Source: Psammoneis japonica
Taxonomy: Eukaryota
Assembly: GCA_008632985.1 (NCBI GenBank)
Contig: QPGO01000267.1
Location: 1 to 64,000, forward strand
DNA: 64,000 nt
Reading direction: 5' to 3'
Shown here: one piece after another, positions 49,672 through 60,300 of the stretch
Numbering within the stretch: position 1 is the stretch's first letter
Layout of the letters: every line of letters starts with the position of its first letter
Notes under the pieces: model-generated
What the model saw: the letters and a program-made list of their open reading frames with translations, nothing else
Databases searched by the model: none
Told to the model about the DNA's origin: nothing
Translations under genes and position numbers: made by a program

Positions 49672-50714
49672 TCACTTTGCAATCTTAAGCTTTCTATTGT
49701 GGCATTCACCCCACGCACAGACGGAACGGGCACAGAGAATAGATGCAAACGCTTCCAAATCTACCGGGTCATTCTCGTCTCCTTCCCATGCACCTTTGAG
49801 TAAGTCAGAGGCAGTGCCCTTTTCGTATTGTTGAATCGGATACTTTTTCTCGGGGATCTCTACAATTTGAGCATCCGGAATAAGTTGACAGGTCTTCTGC
49901 AGGTATCCCACCATTTCTATTACTTGATTCAATTTGACAGAAGAATCTTGACTACCCTTTGTTTCTTCCAGGAGCTTGTACAGGGTCGTGATTCGTTCTG
50001 GCACGGGGCTGCAAAGTGCCAAGGAAAGAGCAGTGAGAAAGAAAGCAATAGGCATTTCTTGCTGCTGTCCAAGAGAGGAAGGCTCGTCCTTCATGGCAAA
50101 CAAGATGGTACGATCCAATAAATGACCTAGTTCAATAGTACATGCGTCACCACCATGCTGCTTCATGGTTATGCGGACGACCCGAACAAAATCGTCATAG
50201 GTAGCCCTGCCCAGAGGAAACGCCTGTCTGACATCTTGCATAATTTTCTCGAACAATTCAGGAGTCAAATGGAATTAGCTACCCGCAAGTCATCGATTTC
50301 AAGAGGATCGAGTGCTGTTTCTTGTTCCAATTCATCACGAATGCTGATTTTGTTGTTTCTGCCCTTGCTGGATCTCACAATTCCCAGAATCATGGCTCCA
50401 ATCAGAGCCAAAAAGATTTTCCCCAAGTTATCCAGAAAGATATTACTGTCGTCATCCTTTTTCTTTTTGGTTTCTTCCTTGCCTTTTGACTCGCCGCCAG
50501 CGTTGGCATCACTGGCATCTGCAGCAGTTGTTGACAGTGTGCGGTGTGATAGATCGGATACGACTCTTCTTTTGACTGACGCGACCGCAAGAGGGTTTCC
50601 CGACCACCAAAACTTTTGAGAATATGAAACTACTCTAGAGGTTTGTACTCTAGTAATGGCGGGTGAAAGCCGCTTCCCTTGTGCGTTCGCAAGTCGCAGA
50701 GCTCTCGACGCCAT
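49672..50714 (-). CDS. Hypothetical single-pass protein with a mitochondrial-type presequence
   Basis: Two abutting ORFs joined by a frameshift near 50265. Arg/Ser-rich N-terminus and one TM segment. Confidence 0.7.
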
Positions 50715-50901
50715 GGTTGAACTCTGCTCTGTCAGACTGTCAGAAGAATCTGTGCGCGATTACGCGCGATTACTACGCTGTTTACGGCCAAAGGCAAGAC
50801 GTTCTGTCTGTCAACCGTCAACAGAACGTCAGTCCGCCAGCCGCGATCAACCTTTCAGCTTTCGAGCGGGTTCAGCTAGCGGCGCAAAAAAGGCAAGCAC
50901 C

Positions 50902-51530
50902 ATGGTGGATCTATCCGAGTATAAAGTTGGTGTGATTGTCTCCGTTGAGGATTGTGGCTCTTGCAGGGGGAACAAAGCAAAGGCTCTCAAGGCGTGTGCC
51001 GTGAGAATAAATCCGAGTGATGAGAATGAGACAATATCGGTCGTGACTTCAGCCTCCAATGTCAGAGCAGGTTCTAGGTGAGTCTTCAAGAAGGACTTTG
51101 ATTCACGCTGATGCACGCTATATTCTGATGATACTCTCACATTGTCTACTAGAATCATTGTGGCGCCCGTTGGAGCTACGATTGAGGTCGATGGTGAAGA
51201 GAAACCAGTTACAAAAGCAACTGTCGGTGGCGTGGTGTCGGAAGGTATGTTTTGTGACTCTCCATGTTGGGCTGGGTCGGAGGCGCCAAGGGAATTGCCG
51301 CGCAGGTTCCAGATTCATACGAGATTGGTTCGGCGCCACCCTCATCAAAGCCACGAAAAGATCAACCACCGCAAGAAGCGGAGGAGCCGTCCAAAGTGGA
51401 AGGGCTTTTCGAAAAGAAGCTGACAAAGGAAGAAAAGAAGAAACTTGCTCAGGAAAAACGTGAGGCGCGGAAAAAGGCAAAGGCCGCCGCAGCAGCAAAT
51501 GAAAAAAGAGCTGAAATGACACAAGGATAG
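50902..51530 (+). CDS. tRNA-binding OB-fold protein (PheT/Trbp-like domain) with a basic tail
   Basis: YKVG.I..VE, VVTSASNV, VAPVGA and GVVSEGMFC. Intron ~51078-51152. Frameshift near 51262. Confidence 0.8.
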
Positions 51531-51619
51531 CTTGCTCCATATCCTAATAGAGTCAGTAGGGATTCTGAGAATCTATGGTCTTGTTTTGTTGTTACATTGC
51601 GTGCAGTATGGAACACTTC

Positions 51620-52770
51620 TCAGCGCTTTTGATGCTTCTCAAGCACGTCATCCGTTATGATAAGCCCCCAATGAAACATGTCTGACGAATCACAGGTGAA
51701 ATGTTGACATCTTTGATTGCCGTAGACTGCGAAGCTCCTGACGCCATTGATTTCAATATCTTGTTACAGAGCTGGCTCTTGAACCGCCCTCGTAGCCCGG
51801 CGACACCCTTCCACCTTGCAATCTGACGCACGTCATCGGAACAACGTCGTCCTTGATAAAATCGACAGTACCACTGAAACCATCCATAAGGATCAGCATC
51901 GGAGATCCAGCCTGATGACTGCTCATCACGAAAAACATCGGAGCAACGTCAGGCAAACTAAAATGGGGAACGGATCTCACGTCCAAGGAAAAGTTACTCG
52001 ACCACAACGACACTTACCTCCCACATTCCCAGAGACCCACCGCATTTCACTCTAAACTTGTTCACTGAAACGCTGTATTTGGAAGACGTCAACATACTAC
52101 GATCCATGCCTTTGTACCAAGTTGGATCGAGAGTATCTTTTACTACATCGGAACCTTTGTAACTTTGATTAGTGACAGCTGACTGAATGGAACGAAAGTA
52201 AGTTCCTCCAAACGCCCCTCCCCGTAAAACTTCTTCCGGGGTAGCATTGGGACGAAAATCTTTGATGTTCTCGATTGGTTTCTCACCGGCTTGAAAACTC
52301 AACACAAAAGACTTTTTGTTTCTCTTGGGTGGCGGTGCCAGAGAATCTTCAATGACGACAGAGTTCGGAGGAAGAACCGGTGGATTCTTGTACAGCTCCT
52401 TCTTTTGACGCTTGAGGCGTCCTAGATATTGCGAGGTGCTACTTGGCAATGCGGATTCTCTATCGTCCGAATCAGCGACTTGGTCTTGGTCGTCGGAGTT
52501 CGCTAACGACTTTCTGGCAGCCTCCAGCACTTTTGTGGTGAGTTTGATCAGGTCACTCCAAGCTCCGTCTTGATCCTTTCGTTTCAGGAGACGAAATTTC
52601 TTTTGGCAAGCGACCAAAGTTTTCTCGATGTCAGTTTGATCACTATTCAAGCCGTGACCAGAGACGTGTTTATTGAATTCTTCAAGAATTTCGCGGCATC
52701 GGCTAGCATCGGGCTCGTCTCTCGACTGTTCCTTCCGCAGATCCTTCAGGAGAGACTTCAGATTGCTCAT
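51620..52770 (-). CDS. Conserved uncharacterised protein (GAFGGTYFR / DPYGWFQWYCRF family)
   Basis: F.PN.TPEEVL..GAFGGTYFR and NKF.VKCG.SL..WE, then an intron (~51925-52016), then WI...DPYGWFQWYCRFY.GRR..DD.RQI.RW and SPVIRQT..HW. Confidence 0.85.
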
Positions 52771-53313
52771 GGTTGATGTTTGAAGTGCTGGTAACTGAAG
52801 CATTCATTGCAAACTTAGTCACTTAGCATGCTCCCACCTCAGTGCGAGTGAAGTGTCGCAACGTCAGCGATCTGCTGGCGGGCTTTTGCAGCGTGGAAGC
52901 GCCGCGCGAGCACAAATTTATATTTGGATTGGGCGTGAGTGCTTGGTGCTAGCGGTCGACAACTAAGTAAGCAAGCTATCTATTCTCTCTCGACTCCTCC
53001 TCTCTGTTCTCTACTCTAGCTCTCTAGAGAGTGGAGAGTAGGCTACTATTACTAGCAACTAGTAGAGCTAGCTCTATGTAGCTCCAAGTTCTTTCTTCTT
53101 TTTTCAGCAGAAGTGCCGGGGCAAGGAGGCTTGCACACCGCATTGGCGAGAGCCAAAATCTATTGTTACGGTGCTAACTCACAGCACGTACTCCAGCTAC
53201 GGTATGACTGACGATGGTGTGCGGAAACCGTACCGGTGTGCTGCCACTACATTTGGCGACATCTACGACTATCTTTTACGAATCAGATTTCATGGATCTA
53301 AAGCATTCAATTC

Positions 53314-53817
53314 TTAAGTTGAGCAAGATTCACATCCACAAGATTCCTCTACCTCAATGGTGCAAGCAAAGCACAGGCCCACTCTACAGCTTGGGCATTT
53401 AAAGAGACATTCTTCACACATGGCCAGTTGACATTCACTACAGGGAAGGGTTTCTCCTTGACAAGAGCCACACAGCTGATGATATTGAAAGCATGCGACA
53501 CACTTATTGTCTCTGGAAGTGAAGCAGTCCCGACATTCTGCCTTCTTACACCCCTTGCAAGAGACAATGTAGTTATCGAATGCACACACTTGTCTTTTGC
53601 AATTTGAGCAGTGCCTTGCGTTCTTTATACCGGCGTGAAATATATAATGACCGCATCTATCGCATTCCCAATGATTCAGATTGTTCTTTACGATTGAACG
53701 AAAACGCTTACTACACGACTTGAACGCGTCAACAGACTCGAAGTCTAGATTTTCCAACACGGAAACAAGGAGATCGACGGGAAAATCTCCGAGAGCAGTT
53801 AGCTCTAAATCTGTCAT
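53314..53817 (-). CDS. F-box protein with a Cys-rich (CxxC repeat) C-terminus
   Basis: LGDFPVDLLVSVLENLD......CSKRFR F-box-like motif, followed by many CxxC pairs. Confidence 0.75.
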   Translation of the reverse strand: MTDLELTALGDFPVDLLVSVLENLDFESVDAFKSCSKRFRSIVKNNLNHWECDRCGHYIFHAGIKNARHCSNCKRQVCAFDNYIVSCKGCKKAECRDCFTSRDNKCVACFQYHQLCGSCQGETLPCSECQLAMCEECLFKCPSCRVGLCFACTIEVEESCGCESCST

Positions 53818-54321
53818 GGTTGGGAAAGTCGTTGATGTTGATGTTCCTACGGACGGTATGAGAAGCCAAGACGGTGTTAACTAGACCGCAATGGCGATAA
53901 ACTGCTATTAGTAGCTTGTGCCATGTTTTGGGTTTCAGGAATTTCCACGAGCGATTGGGAAAATGAATATTTACCTCTCCTCACACGTATATGAAAATTT
54001 CGGAATTGCCCGTGTATGTGTGTCGTTCTCATTTATTCAAGTCTATCTCTACCGTACAGTACCTACCGTACTTCAACTCTCTCTCTAGCTACTCTCTCAA
54101 GTACTAGAGGAGAGAGAGCTCTCTAGTAATGAGTAGTGTAGAGAGTAGAAAGAAGTTACGACTTAGTAAACATACCCTTAAGCTAGCAGATGGTGTTCTC
54201 AAGCAAGGGCACAATATGTTTGTTTGCGTTTTTTGCTCTCTAGTTCAAGAAAGGGCGCTCGCAAGGTTGGATATAGGGACAAGAACCCGCCCTGTGGTAT
54301 TCATTTGAAGAAGTTGCTGAA

Positions 54322-56850
54322 TTAGTCTGGCGTGGGGACAATCTCGCGGTAGCAATAGTTTTTGGCTCTCTTTCCTCGCCCGCGACAACCGGGGACACGT
54401 TCGAACTTTTGACGAATAAAGCACTTCAAGTTCTTGCCCCTACAGCTTGAGTCGTCAATGCAATTGCCTTGACAAGCTTTTAACTTCCTTGATGGATGCA
54501 ATTTCTTCAACATCAGCTTGGGTAGGGGCGCAGTCGGGGCCGGAGTCAATGATGGTGTTGGTGCCGCAGTTGGATCCCCATTACTATCTGGCTTGTAGCA
54601 ATAGTTTTTAGCTCTCTTTCCTCTTCCGTGACAACCGGGGACTAGAGGGGAAGGATAGAGAGACAAACAGTATAAGCAGCTAGACTACATTGATATGACA
54701 CTGCGGAAAAAATGGCAATTCATTCATATACACACCTTTCTCAAAACCGCGGCGAATGAAACATTTCAATCCAAGGTTGCCTTTGCAACTAAAGTCATCG
54801 ACGCAATTTCCTTGACAAGCTTTTAACTTCCTTGATGGAAACAAACCCTTCCAAATCAGCTTGGGGAGGGTGGCAGTCGGGGCCAGAGTCAATGATGCAG
54901 TTGGCGCCGCAGTTGGATCCAGCGTACTATCGGGGTTGTAGCAATAGTTCCGTTGCTTCTTCCCCACGCCTGTGCAGCCAGGGACCTTTTCGAAACCGTC
55001 GCGAAAGAAGCATCTCAATCCGACTGCACAATCTGCGTGCCTTTTGCAATGTGCCTGGCAGAGTGACAGAGCATTCGGCAAATGTGGCGGATAGGCAGCA
55101 ATGACAAGCTCCTTCAGTGATGGCATTTTGTTCAATCCCGTCGGTGTCAACGTTGGATGAAAAGTGGGAGAAGAAGTTGGGGAAGTCATGTCGGGATGGT
55201 TCTCGCTACTGGGCGTTAGCGATGGAGCCTCCGACGAACCAATTGATGGAGTCACTGATGGAACCGATGATGGCATTCCAGATGGCGTCTCCGATAGAAC
55301 GGCCGAGGAGGGAGCCGCTGAAGACGATGGCATTCCAGATGGTACAGATGAAGGATTGGATGATGGTAACGGTATCATGGACGGACTTAGAGTTGGCTCA
55401 AAATCAGGAGAGAACGAAGGCGAAGGCGTTGTCGAGTTATTGAAGCAATACTCCGTGCCAGAGACACGGAAGCCTGAACAATTGGGAACGTCAGAGTCGT
55501 CCTCAAAACAGAGGAGGTCGCCTTCACAATCACCATCGTTATCGCAACTTTTTTAAGATGAAAGGAAATGAATGAGCGGCGAAATCGGAAAAACTGCGGA
55601 AAAAATGACAAACTCCACATGAAAAATACTTACTCTCCTTCGCACTCCTTGAGAAGACGCTGTGGGTTTCGAATAATTGTATATTGAGGGCCCTCCGTCT
55701 CCGGTACCTCTGGCCAGGTCCGCTCATAAATAGGTTTACAAGCACCTAGAGGAGAATATAACCCCCCTCTCTGGTCAACCTTGAACAAGTATCTGTCGTC
55801 ATTTGGGTCCTTGTTTCTTACTATAGAAACCAGCACCGGAGGCGCAAACCCGCCATCCTCAACCTCAAGGCCCCAAAAATTTTCGTTGTCATCGTCAAGT
55901 TGGCGCACGCAATAATCATGCCAATCGCCGTGGACATATAACACGGGGAGTTCGGGATAGACCTCTCGCAGTAGAACACGGAACGGCTCGCCGAAAAAAT
56001 CCTTTCTTGTGCCTCGAACCGTAATGGGGGAGTGCCCAAACAGAACAGCCGCCTTCATATCTTTTTGCTGGTAAATTTGGAGCTTTCTCCTACACCACTG
56101 CAAATTTTGGGTCATTCTCTCACCCTCGTTGCCGTAGCTTTTGCCTCCAATAATGTTCAAGCCGATAAAGAGCTTTCCAGTGATAAAAAGGGCAGGAAGA
56201 CTGTGAGAAGCAAGATAGGGAAACCGGAGAGTATCAACCACTGTATCAGGACGCACCACCCCATTTTTGAAGAATGCAAAGTTTTCACTTCGATCCACCC
56301 CAGGAAGCCGATACGATCCAGTTTGTCTCGTAACGCGAACATTTTTCTCAGGGGAAAATGTTCCAAATCCGTACCGATTGTTAATTCCAAAGTGTTCCGT
56401 CCAGATCTTCCAAGCCTCTTCCGGTTTCTTACAGTCTGAAAACTCGTTGTCTCCAACCACGAAAAAAGAGTCTCGCGGGTCGTAGTCCACCGCATTGTTG
56501 GGATGAACATACATTTCAGCAATATCATTGTACGCTGTGTAATTGCATGGCCATCGGCCCCTCTTAATGTCCCCCACGTGAACTTGAAACAAAGCGTCAT
56601 CGTCCGTCATGTTGAGGCCACGTAGCTGTTCATTCAAACAATACTTTTGCTCCAGGCTGTATGGGGTGTCGCCCATTGCGTAAAAGCTAACAACGGTTTC
56701 AACATCAGCTGATGGTTCAAAGCTGGGAAACTCCTGGCATGTGCGCATCAAATACCTTGTGTCATTATTGTTGCCCACCTCCCATGACACATCAGAGCCC
56801 ATGGAAAAAGTGGCGAACAGAGCCGAGAAAGCAATGAGTTGTGGTCGCAT
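54322..56850 (-). CDS. Secreted calcineurin-like metallophosphoesterase fused to four frustulin-ACR-like Cys repeats
   Basis: Signal peptide and motifs GDTPY, HVGDI, GDNE, GH and HGDWH. An intron at ~55548-55633 joins ECEG|DCDNDGDC. Further introns ~56175-56255 and ~54645-54735. Pro/Ser/Thr linkers. Confidence 0.85.
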
Positions 56851-57399
56851 TGCTATTGCTTCGGCCTTTTTTGCATTGCGTAAACTGGATACTGATTACC
56901 GCAGACAACGTTGATAAAGACTCGAAGTGAATTTTTTACTGGACGAAATCCGCCACTCAACTCACCCACGAAATAACACACGATGGCCTCGGTGTTCATT
57001 GACTGAACTTCTCGACCAAAAGAAGTGATTATCTCTGTGTAATCGCTTGGTAATCGTCTCTCTCTCCCCTGTTGAGGCGGAACGAAGTAGTCGTTCGAAA
57101 AACTTCGGACTCGCGGATATGATTTCAAATTCTTGTTTTTCAAGCTGATTGAAGTCACTTATGAGGTAAGGCAATAGAACTCTTTCTAAAATAAACCATC
57201 ATGAGGTTATAAAGACATTGTTTTACTTATGGTATGGAAAACACCAAATTGCGTACTGTACGTACTAACTGTAGAATCAGTAGGCCCTCCAGGCTACACA
57301 AAATCAAAATGTCATACGATCGCTGGGAAACCTGCAGGCGGCGACGGCGCGCGGCGTTCATGCCGGTTCCGCATCGCTTCCAGTCGCGGTGCCGCCACA

Positions 57400-60300
57400 C
57401 GTCTGCAACTCTTTTTGTGGAACCATTTTTGCCTGTGAATCGCTGCTCAATCAGAGCCATCATTGGACCTGCAACCGATTCGTTTGGGTTGCTGGGGCCA
57501 TGTGTGTCATCAAAGTGAATGTCCGAATAATGCGGTGCACCGTGGAAGTTGTTTGAGAGCTGATCACCTCACATCATGGTCTGGCTCCTGCAGCTGGTCT
57601 GTGGCACCACCAAGTTCTTCCAAGCCGCAGATTCAACAATGCAGTTAATAATTTTATCCTCATCAATGTGAGACAGAGCATCCACAGGCAGCTTGTCATG
57701 AGCTGTGATACAAACTCAGTGATCAAACTTTTGGCATGTCTCTCGCTCCTTCTTCTTGTGCCCGCTGTGCCACCAGAGCAGCATCAACTGCCTCTGATCT
57801 CACAACGAATTTTGGATTGGGAGATTTGTGCTCCTCCCAAGATGAACAATGCTGCAGTGACCAAATGACACACTCAGCTGACTTTGGCATGACATCTCAT
57901 TTTGACACTGCTTCCAAGAAGCACCGGCCAACCTGGTCTCGCACAAGCAAGGCGGCCCGACAGAGCGGTGACTCATCCACCCACCTTTTGTGTGCACTCC
58001 ACTCAGTGACACAAGTGCCATCCACCTTGGGTGGTGTGATGGTTTGGGCCAACAAGTCTCCTGTGGAGCCTGGAGATGCCATCTTGGGTCTCTCTCATTT
58101 GAGTTGAGACAGCCTCAGGGGATTGTCTTTTGGGGGTGCACCCTCCTCACTGTCAAAAGAAAAGAGGTTTTTGAAGTCAAATGCTTGTTTGCAGAGGTCA
58201 ATCATTGGAGCCATTTTGAATTATTTTGGCATTTGTTTGGTGAAAAAAAAAACATGTCAGGAACTTGAGCACCATCAAGGCCACAGTTGACTCAGCTGTG
58301 TTGCAAGATCTTTTGGCAAAGTTTGGAGAGCTGTTGTGCTGAATGATGGTGATTTGTGTCAGGGAGCAGAGGTGCTTTGGCAATGCGCTCTCTCTTTGTG
58401 TGTTCTGAAGCCCAAGCTCAGCAAAGGGAGATGTGATGTCCTTGCTTGGCAGCACACAGTTTTGGGCACCACTTTCATTCAATGCCAGCAGGGTGCCAAC
58501 TGTCATGCGAGGTGCATTTGCATGAACACACAGCAGCCACAGTTGCTCCAATGGCAGAGTCTTGCTAGACAAGAACAACAGTGTGAAGAACTGAGCACTC
58601 ATGAGATGTTGGTGGCATTTGATCAACAGTGCATTGGCCTTGGACAGTGGGGCAAAATGAAGTGGGCCACACAAAGAAAGACATCGGGCTGGTTGTGATG
58701 ACGGCACATGTGCCCAACTTGGAGAAGATGACAAGATGCTCCTTGCCATCATCAACACACATTTTTCTTCATTTGGCCTGGAGAGTGCTGTGGAAAATGA
58801 GGGTCATTGTGAAGGACAAAGCACCAGCACCCACACATCAAGCCACCAGGGGGGCAGTGACATGATTTTTTTTTTTAAACCAGGCCTGCTGGGGAGCACT
58901 GGCCATGGCGCAAGTCCCTCCCCTCCAACGCGTGCATGTGGTGCTGCTGGAGGTCAGCCCAGCAGTGGATGGTCAGACAGCAATCATGCATGCAGGGCAC
59001 CCTGCTGCCAGGTTGTGCATGGTGGAATCAATGGCAACACAATGACTGTTGTGCCAGATGGTGCCATGATGGGCAACTTGGACTGCTGTTGCACTGTCAG
59101 ATGGTTCATGTCAAGTTTGGGGCTGTGTTCTTGCAGATCATTGGCTGTTGTGCCTGACTCATCATTGTGTCATTTTCATTGCTGCACATTGATGCATGGT
59201 GCAAATCTGAAAATGTGTCATCATCAATTGTTCCTCAATTGACAAGCTGAGGGCAGGAATTTGGATCATTGCAAAATTCAAGAGCACAGTGCTGCAGGTG
59301 TTTTTGACATGTGGTGACAGCATGCCAGGGTGCTCATCTGGCATTGGTCAATCTTCCATGTCACCTCATTTTTGTTGATGATGTTGATTCTCATTCACAG
59401 CAAACAGAGAGTTTGTCATCAATGGCACATCATTGGCATTGCAAGTGTGCAAAGTTGAACACAATGGCTTGCACCAGCCAAGCAAGCTGCACACAAGAAC
59501 GCTGGACATGAGAAAGGCCACAGAATGGCACATGGCAAAGTGGCAAAAGATGCTTCAACACCTGCTTGTGGAATGAAGAAATGGTGCTGTTGCTGCCCCC
59601 AGAGTTGCTGCATTGCACCAGGAGTGTGGGGTTGAAAATTTCAGAGCCAAGATTCCAATCAGTGAATGAGTTGGCATTGCAAGAAGCCTCTGAAGTGCAC
59701 CTTGTTGGATTGCTTGAGGATGGCAACATTTTTGTGCCATTCATGCCAAGTGTGTTGCCATCACTCCCAGAGACCTCATGTGTTGGCTCAATGCATTCAT
59801 TGGTCATGGGGGGTGTTTGCAGAAGAGAGGGCTGTGGTCTGTTGATTGGAAGCAAGAAACATGCATGACCAGTTGCAATGATGTGTCATGGGTCATGGGT
59901 GCACATGTCATTTGGCTTCCAGTTCAATGATGACAAGGTGGTTTGTGTGTGTTGTGCATTGGCAGTGCTTTCTTTGCAATGTTGCACAATGGTGTCTTGC
60001 TTGTGATGTGTTGTCTCATGTGGCATTGCACACAAAACTCTATTTTGGGATGTTGATGAGCAATGTGCAATGTCTTGCATCTGTGTTTGACAGAGCGATG
60101 AATTCATGCAAATGCAACCACAGCACAGCACTGACCTTGTTCATTTGCAACCTGCATGATGATCACAGAGTCTTTCAGCCTCTCTCATGCCATCACACCT
60201 GCCACAAACATTCATGTGTGGGCAGCATTGCCACAGCATGAGAAAGGACACTCAATGTCAGCAGACAAGAAGCCCCACATGCATGCATGCACACTTGACA

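Noticed and set aside
13126..51530. Host genes with frameshifts (SWIM-RING, DEG/ENaC, rsmD-like, sulfotransferase, DUF89, 49672-50714, tRNA-binding) as pseudogenes or programmed frameshifts
   Set aside because: Small indels are scattered across unrelated genes with intact motifs, so long-read consensus error is the simplest explanation. This needs read-level confirmation.
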